DNA of 62,813 nucleotides from a virus. Where the stretch lies: the IMG/VR virus record IMGVR_UViG_3300025711_000009. One strand, 5' to 3'. Shown piece after piece: positions 28,201-37,057 of this stretch; position 1 is the stretch's first letter, and the number at the start of each line of letters is the position of its first letter. The translations under genes were made by a program, and so were the position numbers. The notes below the pieces were generated by a model. The model was not told where the DNA came from, did not search any database, and saw nothing but the letters and a program-made list of their open reading frames with translations.

Positions 28201-29361
28201 GATCAGCTGTACGAGATCACCCGGAAGCCCGTCCAGTTCGTGGTCGACACGGTCTACAACAACGGCATCCGCAAGGTGTGGAACGCCGTCGCGAAGATCA
28301 CCGGCGTGGGCGAGCTGGCCGAATACAAGTTCGCGACCGGCGGCATCCTGCCCGGCTACACCCCGGGCCGTGACGTCCACCTCGCAGCCCTGTCCGGCGG
28401 CGAGGCGGTCATGCGGCCGGAGTGGACCCGAGCGGTCGGCGCCGGCTACGTCGACACAATGAACGCGGCCGCCCGTTCCGGCGGCGTCGCCGGCGTGCAG
28501 CAGGCCCTCGGCCTGCCAAAGTTCGCCGACGGCGGCATCTTCGACCGGATTGCTTCCGGGGTGGCGACGGCGGGCAGCTGGCTGTCGAACGGCGTGGACC
28601 TGCTCGCCGACCCGGGCAAGGCCTGGGATAAGGCGACCAGCTTCATCCGGGAGATCTCCGCCGGTATCAGCGGCAGCCCGTGGGCCGACGTGATCGCGAA
28701 GGTTCCGGGGGCCATGCTCGGCGGCCTGAAGGACGCCATCGTGAAGGCGGCGGGCAACCTTGGCCTCGGCGGAGGTGCGACTGCCGCGCCGGGCGGGGGC
28801 GTCAGCCGGTGGACGGGAGTCGTGCAGCAGGCCCTCGGCCTGGTCGGTCAGCCCCTCGCCTACACCGGCACCACCCTCCGTCGCATGGAGCAGGAGTCCG
28901 GCGGCAATCCGTCCATCGTCAACACGTGGGACTCCAACTGGCTGGCAGGCTATCCGTCGGTCGGCCTCATGCAGGTCATCCGGCCGACGTTCCAGCGGTA
29001 CGCCGGCCCGTTCGCCGGCACCGGGCCGTTCCTCTACGGGGTGTCCACGAACCCGCTGGCCAACGTGTACGCCTCGATGAAATACGCCCTGTCGGCCTAC
29101 GGCAGCCTGCCGCGGGCCTACGACCGGGCGGGAGGCTATGACTCCGGCGGCTTCCTCCAGCCCGGCATGAACTTGGCCTACAACGGGACCGGCCGGCCCG
29201 AGCCCGTCCTGACGACGGCCCAGTGGAACACCCTGGCCGGCTCCGGGGTCAAGCAGGCCGCAGCCGATCAGCGTTCCTACCAGATCGTCCTCAACGGCTC
29301 CGGCATGACCACTGCCGAGCAGGCTGCCGACCTGCAGCGACGCCTGACCTTTTACGGCTAA
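25204..29361 (+). CDS. Tape measure protein with C-terminal lytic transglycosylase-like motif
   Basis: 1385 aa; GAGGAGG RBS then GTG. Coiled coils, TM-like repeats, and EQESGGNPS...VGLMQV near the C-terminus. Confidence 0.95.
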   Translation: MAITVGSVEVDVIPNTQGIYARLREGLVPAATRAGNDAGTAAGRAFGPAMQREVGAVGLSVGQQIGEQIANRVTAAIRGALRDGVTQGGREARASAVRQGDETGGAFSRSLKARLEAAFRSLPKINIDANTTEADADLQALRVRLETLSGKRVGIDIDVAEARAEIRYLEAELQRLGAQHPNVQVRADTAAARAQLALVHAEIEAVDGRTARIDVDTSGALSAVLHLAVAIGGLAVIPALPILAAGIGAIGSAALTSAAGVGALAAVAAPAFIGIAGALQAQKAAQDASTAASNRGSQAGAQAASRALQMAGAQQALASAQRNAASQIASARDQVAQAARSVGDAERQLADAQKASTKAQADLVQARKEAAQQLEDLSSRYADAQLSVRDAELSLAEAQQRRREVEADPKATLLDRQRAALAVDQATQRLREQTTETKRLADQTATANKAGIEGSDTVRQAQDRLAGAQQTVVDRTRAVADAQQAVVKAQENVARVSAQAADSIASAQRQIASASASAAGGVDQAAIAQAKYQDALNKLTPSARGTFDAFQSLRTAFKGWSESLQPAVMPLFTRAIEGIKNSLPGLTPFVLAAAKAISILQDKVSAGFKTPWWQSFRDDLAKAVIPATVGLGVALGRTFKALGGIVDAFLPHMDEISRRMTEITGRWATWGTGLKGSEKFTNFLAYTAQQGPILAKLIGDIAAAIFQISRAASPLTGPVLGTLGAVLSAVASIANTLPWLIQLMYGAWVVTKLWTLALIVFNAVMNANPISLIIIGIIALVAAVIYAYKHWGWFHDVVDAAWRGIQAGARYAWSILQPILAGIWTGLQFLGRIAVWLWENAIKPAWDGIVTASKFLITIVLVALITPLYLAFQGIGALAGWLWRNAIGPAFDGIATLAIWLWRYGLKPQIDLAVAAFRFLGDIGAWLWRNALAPAFRGIADVAIWLWNSGIKPVFGWITDGARWLWANGLKPQFDSIRSGVGYVRDAFFWAKDGIKSAWDQLYEITRKPVQFVVDTVYNNGIRKVWNAVAKITGVGELAEYKFATGGILPGYTPGRDVHLAALSGGEAVMRPEWTRAVGAGYVDTMNAAARSGGVAGVQQALGLPKFADGGIFDRIASGVATAGSWLSNGVDLLADPGKAWDKATSFIREISAGISGSPWADVIAKVPGAMLGGLKDAIVKAAGNLGLGGGATAAPGGGVSRWTGVVQQALGLVGQPLAYTGTTLRRMEQESGGNPSIVNTWDSNWLAGYPSVGLMQVIRPTFQRYAGPFAGTGPFLYGVSTNPLANVYASMKYALSAYGSLPRAYDRAGGYDSGGFLQPGMNLAYNGTGRPEPVLTTAQWNTLAGSGVKQAAADQRSYQIVLNGSGMTTAEQAADLQRRLTFYG

Positions 29362-29374
29362 GAAGGGGGGCGAA

Positions 29375-30229
29375 GTGGCAGTCGCCGTCGCCATCGCTGT
29401 CACGCTGGGCACGTTGCAGCTCAGCACCACAGACTCCGCAGGAGTGCAGTGGATCGTCACGGATGTGAAGGGCTGGCGAACGCCGGGAATCCGGGCCGAA
29501 TACCACTCCCGGCAGTCGGACCACGGAAGTTGGGCGTCTCCCGTCTATCTGGAGCCGATGCCGCTGACCATATCGGGGCTGATAGCGGCGCCCAGCACCA
29601 GCGCGCGGGACGCGGCGATCGAGCAGCTGATCGCCGCGGACGCGCTCACCGATACGGTCCTCACCGTCGCAGAGACCATCCCCAAGCAGGTGACCGTGAG
29701 ACGGTCGGGGGAACCGCTGATCGAACTGGTCGGCGCAACCGGCGTCAAATACAGCGTGCTGGTGACCGCGGCGGATCCTCGCCGTTACGCGACTGTCCTG
29801 CAGTCGCAGTCGACGGGGCTTCCGTCGGTGACGGGCGGCTTGACTCTGCCGATCACCCTGCCGATCACCATCAGCACCACGTCGACAGGTGGCGGCTTCA
29901 CGCTGTCGAACGCGGGAACGATCGCGACCAGGCCGGTTTTCACGCTGCTCGGCCCGGCCGCATCGCCGGTCATCACCGCCACCCGACCGGATGGAACGAT
30001 CTTCCAACTGTCCTACTCGCAGACTCTCGGCGCCGGCGACACCCTCGTCATCGACACGGGCGCGCACAGCGTGATGCTCAACGGATCCGTCAGCCGCCGT
30101 CCCTTCCTGTCCGCCCAGCCTTCCTGGCCGGAGATCCTGCCCAGCAGTTCGCTCGCGGTGCGCTGGACCGCGTCCGCTTACGACCCTGCCGCCCTGCTGA
30201 CTGGCACCTGCCGATCCGCCTGGATGTGA
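29375..30229 (+). CDS. Distal tail protein (Dit-like)
   Basis: First gene after the tape measure gene. Confidence 0.8.
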   Translation: MAVAVAIAVTLGTLQLSTTDSAGVQWIVTDVKGWRTPGIRAEYHSRQSDHGSWASPVYLEPMPLTISGLIAAPSTSARDAAIEQLIAADALTDTVLTVAETIPKQVTVRRSGEPLIELVGATGVKYSVLVTAADPRRYATVLQSQSTGLPSVTGGLTLPITLPITISTTSTGGGFTLSNAGTIATRPVFTLLGPAASPVITATRPDGTIFQLSYSQTLGAGDTLVIDTGAHSVMLNGSVSRRPFLSAQPSWPEILPSSSLAVRWTASAYDPAALLTGTCRSAWM

Positions 30230-30239
30230 GGAGACGCCG

Positions 30240-31283
30240 ATGCCTACCGATCCGCTATGGCTGTCTGGCCTGAGTTACGACGAGACCGAGCTCCGCAAGA
30301 TGGACACGGTCCTGACCATGGCCACGTCCACGGCTGGGATGGGGCGCGGCGGTGTCCGCCCCGGGGACCCCGGCCTGACCGTGTCGCTGGCGGGCACCAC
30401 CGTGAACGTCAGCGCGGGCGCCGGCGTCGCCACCCGAAGCGGGCAGGGCACGTACCGGTTCCAGCTGGGCGCAGTCTCGCCCGGCACGCTCTCCGCGGCG
30501 CATGCCACGCTCACCAGGATCGACCTCGTTTACGCCAGGGTCTGGGACAACGCGGTCGACAGCAGCGGCCTGAACAGGGCTGATGCGGTCCTGTTGGCTG
30601 GCACGCCGGCCGGTTCGCCGGTCGCGCCGACGCCTGGCGCGACGGAGATCTACACGGTCCTGGCCACGATCACCGTGCCCTCTGTGGCCGGTGGCGGTAC
30701 GGGCGCTGCGACGGTGTCCACGACGGCGCGGCAGGTAACGGTCGCCCCGGGCGGCATCCTGCCGGTGACGTCCTCCACGGACATCGCCCTCGCTGGCCTG
30801 TACGCGGGGCAGGCCAGGTACAACACCGTGCGCGGCGTGTTGGAGTTTTGGACCGGTAGCGCGTGGGCTGCCCAGGGTGACTGGACGGCATATACCCCGA
30901 CCTGGGCCGGTGGCCTCGCGACGATGGGCTCGGCGGTTTCGAAGGGCCGGTGGACCCGAGTCGGCAACATGATCACCGTTGTGGGCAGCCTGAAGTGGGG
31001 CACTGGTTCGACGATCAATAGCAGCAACATCACCGCCACCCTGCCCACGGCCGCCCTGAGCGGCTCGCCCACCACCGACCTGGTGTGGGAAGGCAAGGGC
31101 CTCTACTACGACGGCTCGAACCCATTCAAGCCGTTGGCGCCGGTGATCTCCTCCGGCGGCTCGACGCTGATCCTGTACGCGATCCGCCAGTCTGACCTGG
31201 GCTATCAGTCCCCGGGCGGCCTCAGCTACACGTGGGGGTCGGGCGCGACGATGAATTTCCAGATCGCCTACGAGGCGGCATAG
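30240..31283 (+). CDS. Minor tail protein
   Basis: Position; 347 aa. Confidence 0.8.
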   Translation: MPTDPLWLSGLSYDETELRKMDTVLTMATSTAGMGRGGVRPGDPGLTVSLAGTTVNVSAGAGVATRSGQGTYRFQLGAVSPGTLSAAHATLTRIDLVYARVWDNAVDSSGLNRADAVLLAGTPAGSPVAPTPGATEIYTVLATITVPSVAGGGTGAATVSTTARQVTVAPGGILPVTSSTDIALAGLYAGQARYNTVRGVLEFWTGSAWAAQGDWTAYTPTWAGGLATMGSAVSKGRWTRVGNMITVVGSLKWGTGSTINSSNITATLPTAALSGSPTTDLVWEGKGLYYDGSNPFKPLAPVISSGGSTLILYAIRQSDLGYQSPGGLSYTWGSGATMNFQIAYEAA

Positions 31284-32363
31284 GTGCCCGCGCTCGAACT
31301 CACCTGGTATGGCTGCGACCTGCGGACCGGCCGGATCTCAGAAGAGCTCGCAGCGATCACCGCGCAGACGCTTTCACGGAAGCTCGGCGCGGCGACCAGC
31401 ACCACGGTCGACCTTGCCCTCGACGGAGCTCCCGCCGAGTGGGAGTCGGCCACCGACCCGGGCCGCACCATGCTCGTCGCCGTCGACACCCTCTCCAGCA
31501 CGCCGATCTGGGCAGGCATCGTCTGGACCCGACAGGGCGGCAGCGACTCCAATGTCCAGCTGGGCGTCGGCTCACCTGAGGGCTACCTGGACCGCCGCTA
31601 CCCCGGCACCTACTCGGCCACCCAGGCCGACGCGTCCACCGTCATCGCGGATCTCGCAGCACCGATCCTGACGCAGGGCCTGCCCGTCTCCTGGGATACG
31701 ACGGCGAGCGGCCTGCTCATCGACTACGTGTCCGTCGACACCGACGACAAGACGATCGTCTCGTCGATCCAGACGATCTCCGCGATGGAGGGCGCCCCGG
31801 AGTGGACGATCGATGTCGTCTGGGGCGACGCCGCACACACGATGTTTGCGCTGGTCATGCGGATCCGGCCGACGATCGGCACCACCTCGTCGCCACAGGC
31901 AGTCCTCGACATGCCCGGCTGTATCAGCTCCTACTCGCTCACCGAGTCCTACGAGCAGGGCAAAGGGGCGACCGTGGTCCAGGCGTCCGGCGACGGCGAG
32001 GGTGACGCACGGCTGCAGTCCGACGTGTACACCGCCGACGACCTGATCGCCGCCGGCTGGCCTCGCTACGTCCACCGCTACAGCCCCGGCACCGGAATCA
32101 CCGACGTCGACCAGCTGAACGCACATGCGGCTCGGACGCTCGACCTGCTGCGAGGGGGCGCCCGCGCATGGACGGTGCAGGCCGCCACGTCCGCGGCACC
32201 CCGTCTCGGAACGGACTGGGTCCTCGGCGACAGTGTCGGCATCGAGATCGCCCCCGGGGTGAGCCGCCGGCACCCGCGCGGGATCTCCACGACGGGCCGC
32301 GCCTACGGCTGGGACCTGAACGTCGGCGGCGACAGCGTGTCCCCGATCCTCCTGGAGGGCTGA
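31284..32363 (+). CDS. Minor tail protein
   Basis: GTG start directly after the upstream TAG; 359 aa. Confidence 0.8.
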   Translation: MPALELTWYGCDLRTGRISEELAAITAQTLSRKLGAATSTTVDLALDGAPAEWESATDPGRTMLVAVDTLSSTPIWAGIVWTRQGGSDSNVQLGVGSPEGYLDRRYPGTYSATQADASTVIADLAAPILTQGLPVSWDTTASGLLIDYVSVDTDDKTIVSSIQTISAMEGAPEWTIDVVWGDAAHTMFALVMRIRPTIGTTSSPQAVLDMPGCISSYSLTESYEQGKGATVVQASGDGEGDARLQSDVYTADDLIAAGWPRYVHRYSPGTGITDVDQLNAHAARTLDLLRGGARAWTVQAATSAAPRLGTDWVLGDSVGIEIAPGVSRRHPRGISTTGRAYGWDLNVGGDSVSPILLEG

Positions 32364-33085
32364 TGCCGACCCCCGCCGACCTCCTGCCGCCCAAGCCCTC
32401 CGACCTGTGGCGGACGATCAAGGAACTACAGCGCGACTTCCGGGAGTTCGTAGCCGCCCGCCGCTCGGAACGCATGAGCAGCATGCGGGTGTACACGTCG
32501 ACCGGGACGCTCATCCTCGAGACCGGCACCGTGCCGTACACGCACGCTGACGGCTCTGAGCAGCAGGGCATCCGCCTGTACCGGGAGGACGGCACCCTCG
32601 TCGCCGCGGTGCAGGCCCAGCCGGCGGTGACGGGTACGGACCGGCAGTCATGGACGCTGTACGACCGCGCCGGGAACGCGATCCTCGGCGACGACCCGAT
32701 CGCCGGCGCCGGACTGTCAGGGCCATACGTGCCGTTCAACTTCGGCAGGGCCTGGTACCTGGACTGGGCTGGCACCAACAGCGCCGGCTTCGTGGACGTC
32801 TACCAGACGACGATCTACAAACAGCACGCCATGGCCGTCGTCCAGGTCGCCCACTCCAATGACGTCGCCGCGGCGACCGGCCAGGTCAGGTTGACCGTGA
32901 ACGGAGTCGCAACCGGCTCCACGCTCAGTACAACGTTCTCCGGCGGCACGGTCGGCACCATCGGCCCCTTCGCCCTACCTGGCGCCCACCTCGCCAGCGT
33001 CGACCTTCGCATCCAGGCCCGCCTCGCCTCCGGCACCGGCAACGTCCGGTGCGAGGTCCAGGGCGCCTGGTCCGTCAAGTCGTAG
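32363..33085 (+). CDS. Minor tail protein
   Basis: TGATG overlap; 240 aa. Confidence 0.75.
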   Translation: MPTPADLLPPKPSDLWRTIKELQRDFREFVAARRSERMSSMRVYTSTGTLILETGTVPYTHADGSEQQGIRLYREDGTLVAAVQAQPAVTGTDRQSWTLYDRAGNAILGDDPIAGAGLSGPYVPFNFGRAWYLDWAGTNSAGFVDVYQTTIYKQHAMAVVQVAHSNDVAAATGQVRLTVNGVATGSTLSTTFSGGTVGTIGPFALPGAHLASVDLRIQARLASGTGNVRCEVQGAWSVKS

Positions 33086-33093
33086 GAGGCGAT

Positions 33094-33240
33094 ATGGGTA
33101 CACCGCCCGAGGTCTGGCCGCGGGACCGCAGCATCCCCGCCGTCGACCTGCCGCTGCCGCTGTCGGAACAGCACCCGCCCGACCTGCCTCCACCCGCGCC
33201 GCCGGCCGACCCGCCGGACCGTGACGCCGAGGCCACCTGA
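33094..33240 (+). CDS. Small Pro-rich protein (48 aa)
   Basis: AGGAGG RBS, but low-complexity sequence. Confidence 0.35.
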   Translation: MGTPPEVWPRDRSIPAVDLPLPLSEQHPPDLPPPAPPADPPDRDAEAT

Positions 33241-33288
33241 CCCAGCCCCCGAGCCCACCGCCGGGGGCTCCCTCATGAAAGGCCCACC

Positions 33289-34137
33289 ATGGGCGAGATC
33301 TGGATCCCCGAAGCCGAGCGTCTCGGTGATGGCGTCATCGCAGGAGCGGGCGCCATGGATACCCCCGACGCTCCGCCGCGCGTCGTCTGGCACACCACCG
33401 AGGGCAGCGCGGGCAGCAGCGAGGCGTTTCACGGCACCGCCGACTATCTGATGTCCGAGAACTACGAGCCGCACATTCTGTACGACCCGATCACGGACCA
33501 GCTCGGCCAGTTCGGGCCGCTCAATCAGTCCGCGAAGGCCCTGGTCAACGCGGGCGCCGTCCGGACGAACAGGACCGGACGAGTGTGCATACAGATCGAG
33601 GTCATGGCCAAGGCCGGCGCCCCGTTCACCGGCTACTGGAAGCCCGGCCCCAACTTCGCCGCCCTGCTGCGGGCGATCCGCTCGTGGGGCGTCCCGGATG
33701 AGTGGCCAGCCGGCCGACTGGCCCAGTCGTACAGCGACGACTCCCCGCGCCCGCTGACGATCTGGCAGACCCGCGGCGGCCACTACGGGCACAGCAACAT
33801 CCCCGGCAACGACCACTGGGACCCGGGCGCCATCGACACCACCGCGCTGCTCGCGGCTGGAACCACTGAGGAGCAATTCATGACCCCCGACGACAGGAAC
33901 TACCTCGAGCGCTGGTTCGGCGCGCTCAACGCGATGGCCTGGGGCAACAAGAACGACCTTGCCGCGCTGACCGGCACCGTCGGCGCACTGACCAAGCTGG
34001 TAGCCGCCGCCGACAACAACCTCGACGAGGCCACCGTCCGAGCCGCCGTCAAGCAGGGCGTTACCGAAGCCCTCGCCGCCTCCACCGTCGATGTCGACGT
34101 CACCGTCCACGACAAGACCACCACCCCGAAGGGCTGA
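33289..34137 (+). CDS. Endolysin, N-acetylmuramoyl-L-alanine amidase (PGRP/Amidase_2-like)
   Basis: VVWHTTEG...GHSNIPGNDHWDPG; located before the holin. Confidence 0.9.
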   Translation: MGEIWIPEAERLGDGVIAGAGAMDTPDAPPRVVWHTTEGSAGSSEAFHGTADYLMSENYEPHILYDPITDQLGQFGPLNQSAKALVNAGAVRTNRTGRVCIQIEVMAKAGAPFTGYWKPGPNFAALLRAIRSWGVPDEWPAGRLAQSYSDDSPRPLTIWQTRGGHYGHSNIPGNDHWDPGAIDTTALLAAGTTEEQFMTPDDRNYLERWFGALNAMAWGNKNDLAALTGTVGALTKLVAAADNNLDEATVRAAVKQGVTEALAASTVDVDVTVHDKTTTPKG

Positions 34138-34139
34138 CC

Positions 34140-34460
34140 ATGAACGTGAATCTCGACAAGGCCTACTGGCTCGGCCTCCTCGTCTCCGTGATCCTGCCGG
34201 TCCTCGTCGGCCTGGTCACCACCCGGGTCACCTCCGCCGGCACCAAGGCCGTGCTCCTGTTGGCTCTGTCCACGCTGAACGGACTCCTCGTCGAGGTTGC
34301 CAACCCGGGCCCCGGCTTCGACCTCGGCACCGCCACGATTCTGTCGCTCGTGGCCTTCGGGACCGGCGTCCTCGCCCACTTCGGCCTGTGGAAGCCGGCC
34401 GGCGTCTCCGGCAAGGCGCAGGACAGCCTGGTCACAGCCGGCTCACCTCGGAGCGTGTAA
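34140..34460 (+). CDS. Holin-like membrane protein (3 TM)
   Basis: Three hydrophobic helices, located after the endolysin. Confidence 0.8.
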   Translation: MNVNLDKAYWLGLLVSVILPVLVGLVTTRVTSAGTKAVLLLALSTLNGLLVEVANPGPGFDLGTATILSLVAFGTGVLAHFGLWKPAGVSGKAQDSLVTAGSPRSV

Positions 34461-34883
34461 GTGCGGTGCCGTGCGGCCCGTCGGCTGAGCCGACAGCTGG
34501 GCCGCCGCGGCAGGTTCCTGGCTATCCTCGGCATCGGCAAAACCTGCTGGGGGATTTCCTTCTACGTGACCCCTCCGCCCGTGCACCCCATCCCCGGCCT
34601 GTGCCACTGGGCGTGGATCTGGATTGCCGCAGGGCTGGTCACCTTCGTCAGCGCGTTCCTCCAGGTAGGGCGTGATCGTTTCGGATTTGGTGCCGCACTG
34701 GTTCCGCCGGCCGTGTGGGCCATCGCGTATCTCGTCGCTGCCTTAAGCGGCGTCTACCCCCGCGGCGTCTGGGTCGCGGTCTGGTATCTGACCTCCCACG
34801 TGGGGGTGATCCTGTGGGCCGCGACGGTGCCCGAGCACTCCGTGCCCAAGCCTCCGCGCGGCCGGAGAGCTGAGGGCGGATGA
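34461..34883 (+). CDS. Membrane protein (4 TM), lysis cassette
   Basis: GTG start adjacent to the upstream stop; hydrophobic. Confidence 0.7.
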   Translation: MRCRAARRLSRQLGRRGRFLAILGIGKTCWGISFYVTPPPVHPIPGLCHWAWIWIAAGLVTFVSAFLQVGRDRFGFGAALVPPAVWAIAYLVAALSGVYPRGVWVAVWYLTSHVGVILWAATVPEHSVPKPPRGRRAEGG

Positions 34884-35242
34884 GCGACGTGTGGTCGGCG
34901 GTAGCGACAGTCAGCGGTGCGGTGCTGACACTCCTTGGTGTCCTGTTCACGGCCCGGTCATCGCGGGCGGCAGCAGCGGCGTCGGCGCGGGCTACAGAGG
35001 TGGCGGCCGTAGTGCAGGCCGAGCCGGCCCAGCGGACCGCAGACCTACAGGCGTTCCGGGAGATCCGCGAAAAGCAGAGCCAGGACTTGGCGGAGACTCG
35101 CGAGGAGGTTCGGTCGCTCCGGTCGCTGGTACGGGCCTTCGTCCACTACGTGGGCGACTTGACTGCGGAGATGCGGCAGGCCGGCATCGAGCCTCCAGCA
35201 CCACCGGACCGAATCACCGAGTACAACCGAACTGGAGTCTGA
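34880..35242 (+). CDS. N-terminal TM + coiled-coil protein, lysis cassette
   Basis: ATGA overlap. TM segment VATVSGAVLTLLGVLF followed by a coiled coil. Confidence 0.7.
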   Translation: MSDVWSAVATVSGAVLTLLGVLFTARSSRAAAAASARATEVAAVVQAEPAQRTADLQAFREIREKQSQDLAETREEVRSLRSLVRAFVHYVGDLTAEMRQAGIEPPAPPDRITEYNRTGV

Positions 35243-35248
35243 GCAGCA

Positions 35249-35280
35249 GCCCCCGCCCGTCTGGGCGGGGGCGCTTTGCT
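35249..35280 (+). terminator. Intrinsic terminator ending the late operon
   Basis: GCCCCCGCCC-gtct-GGGCGGGGGC followed by GCTTTGCT. Confidence 0.7.
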
Positions 35281-35458
35281 GTGCCCGGGCGCCTTCGTCG
35301 GCGTACCCTGGAGTCAGCCTCGCGCTGGCGAGGGGTCTCCGGGTTGATCGCCGGAGGCTGCCCCGACGACAGGTCGTGGATGGGATGGGTTAGTGCACAC
35401 CCTGCCCCTGTATCGCCTGGCTCGCAAACGGCCTGGACTTGGGCTCCGGGCGAGACTT

Positions 35459-35494
35459 GACCCCCACCGCTTCGGCGGTGGGGGTCTCTTGTTG
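35459..35494 (+). terminator. Intrinsic terminator after a structured non-coding stretch
   Basis: GACCCCCACCGC-ttcg-GCGGTGGGGGTC followed by TCTTGTTG. Confidence 0.65.
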
Positions 35495-35585
35495 CGCCCA
35501 ACTCCTGCCGCCTGCCCGGCGATAAGATGCCATACGGATGATCGCCCCTGCCGCCCGCGCGGTGGGGGCTTCTCGCTGTCCGGGG

Positions 35586-35840
35586 TCAGGAACTCTGCCG
35601 ACTCGCAAGGGCCGCCGCGGTCTCAGTGAAGCCGAAGGCGGCCAAGCCCTCAGCCGGGCTGTCGCCGTTGAGGGACTTCGCCAGGTAGTGATCGAATATC
35701 ACGATCATCTGACGAAGTAGCGCCCCCTCCCCACGAGGATCGTCTGGGGTGCACTCCGCTGAGACGAGCCGTGACAGGTAGTCGAACGGGAGCCCGCTCT
35801 TCTCGGCTGCTTCGCGAACGCGGTCCGTGTCGTAGGTCAT
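35586..35840 (-). CDS. Hypothetical protein (84 aa)
   Basis: Divergent from the serine recombinase gene; good GC3. Confidence 0.65.
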   Translation of the reverse strand: MTYDTDRVREAAEKSGLPFDYLSRLVSAECTPDDPRGEGALLRQMIVIFDHYLAKSLNGDSPAEGLAAFGFTETAAALASRQSS

Positions 35841-35901
35841 AACTCCCCTTGATCGCCTTTTGACGGCAATCCACCGTCTGTCGTCATCTCGTCAACCAGC
35901 C

Positions 35902-35928
35902 TATCGACGCAGGAAGTTGATGTCGATA
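35902..35928. promoter_or_regulatory. Inverted repeat TATCGAC-N13-GTCGATA (candidate res/crossover or operator site)
   Basis: Read in the 140-bp divergent intergenic region upstream of the resolvase-type gene. Confidence 0.3.
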
Positions 35929-35980
35929 ACTCGCGTCGAGAATCTATGACGGGTAACCCCATCACAGGTAGAGTCGTCAC

Positions 35981-36565
35981 ATGGACTTCGGATACGCCCG
36001 GGTGTCGACCACTGACCAGAACCCGGACCATCAGATCGACGCCCTCCTCCGCGCCGGCGTCGACCGCGACAACATCCACATCGACTACTTCAGCGGCGCC
36101 AAGGCCTCCCGCCCCGAGTTCGACATCCTCATGAAGCGCCTCCGTGAAGGCGACACCCTCAAGGCCACACGCTTGGACCGCATCTCCCGCTCCCTGCTCC
36201 ACCTCGTCACGCTCGGCGAAGAGCTGCAGCAGCGGAAGGTGGGGCTGCACATCATCGAGCAGAGCATCGACTCGTCCACCCCCGAAGGGCGCGCGATGTT
36301 CGGCATGCTCGGAGTCATGGCGCAGTTTCAACGCGAGCTCATTCACGCGAACACGATGGACGGCCTTGCAGCCGCTCGGGCCCGCGGTCGCGTCGGAGGC
36401 CGAAGGCCGAAGCTCAGCGAGCAGCAGGCCAACCTCGCTCAGGAGCTGTACGACAAGCGCGAGAAGACCGTGCAGGAGATCGCCGACCTGTTCGGCGTGC
36501 CGCGTACCACCGTGTACGGGCACCTGAACCGCTCGGGGGGCAACGCCCGCAAAGCCAGCAAGTAG
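35981..36565 (+). CDS. Small serine recombinase (resolvase/invertase family)
   Basis: 194 aa. FGYARVSTTDQ catalytic Ser motif and a C-terminal HTH (VQEIADLFGVPRTTVY). Confidence 0.95.
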   Translation: MDFGYARVSTTDQNPDHQIDALLRAGVDRDNIHIDYFSGAKASRPEFDILMKRLREGDTLKATRLDRISRSLLHLVTLGEELQQRKVGLHIIEQSIDSSTPEGRAMFGMLGVMAQFQRELIHANTMDGLAAARARGRVGGRRPKLSEQQANLAQELYDKREKTVQEIADLFGVPRTTVYGHLNRSGGNARKASK

Positions 36566-36597
36566 GCAGTCGTTATGCGTTCCCGAGAGGAGGACCC

Positions 36598-36798
36598 GTG
36601 ACCTATGTGGCCCACTACTTCCGATACGGCGAGCTGGTGGCCGAGGAGACCGACACGATCGACGAGGCCGTGGCCTTCCTGGCGCTGGGCTGGGAAGCGG
36701 GGCAGCTGTCGGAGAAGTGCGTGACCGACGCGGAAGGGAAGGTCATCCTGGACGGCGCCCCTCTGTTCGAGCGCATGAACACCTGCCTGGGAGCGTAG
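36598..36798 (+). CDS. Hypothetical protein (66 aa)
   Basis: GAGGAGG RBS, GTG start. Confidence 0.6.
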   Translation: MTYVAHYFRYGELVAEETDTIDEAVAFLALGWEAGQLSEKCVTDAEGKVILDGAPLFERMNTCLGA

Positions 36799-36809
36799 AT
36801 GGAGGGAAG

Positions 36810-37013
36810 ATGAGCAGAACCGTGACCGTGATCTTCCATGGCGGCCCGCTCGACGGGCAAGCGATAGATATGACGGTGCCGATCCCTAGGGTGGTCAAGC
36901 TGGACCAGCAGGTCGGGACCGCCATGGAGTTCACCTACGAGCGATACACCCCAGAGCAGCCCGACCAGTACGCACACTTCCAGATGACCGAATGGAAGCC
37001 AGCCGCCGCCTGA
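36810..37013 (+). CDS. Hypothetical protein (67 aa)
   Basis: GGAGGGAAG RBS before the ATG. Confidence 0.6.
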   Translation: MSRTVTVIFHGGPLDGQAIDMTVPIPRVVKLDQQVGTAMEFTYERYTPEQPDQYAHFQMTEWKPAAA

Positions 37014-37057
37014 CCGCCCTGCCACACTGGTGCTCCGCCGCTGGAGGAGGAGGAACC

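Noticed and set aside
26884-29460. 858-aa minus-strand ORF antisense to the tape measure gene
   Set aside because: Same artefact. The + frame encodes a recognisable tape measure protein with a transglycosylase motif.
35281-35360. Possible tRNA (acceptor-like pairing GGGCGCC/GGCTGCCC and a GTTGATC loop)
   Set aside because: No D-arm complement. The central hairpin has a 4-nt loop rather than a 7-nt anticodon loop. The T-loop lacks the TTCRA consensus.
35981-36565. Serine recombinase as the lysogeny integrase
   Set aside because: At 194 aa it is resolvase/invertase-sized and lacks the large C-terminal domain of serine integrases. A complete tyrosine integrase with xis and an adjacent att-like sequence is present.
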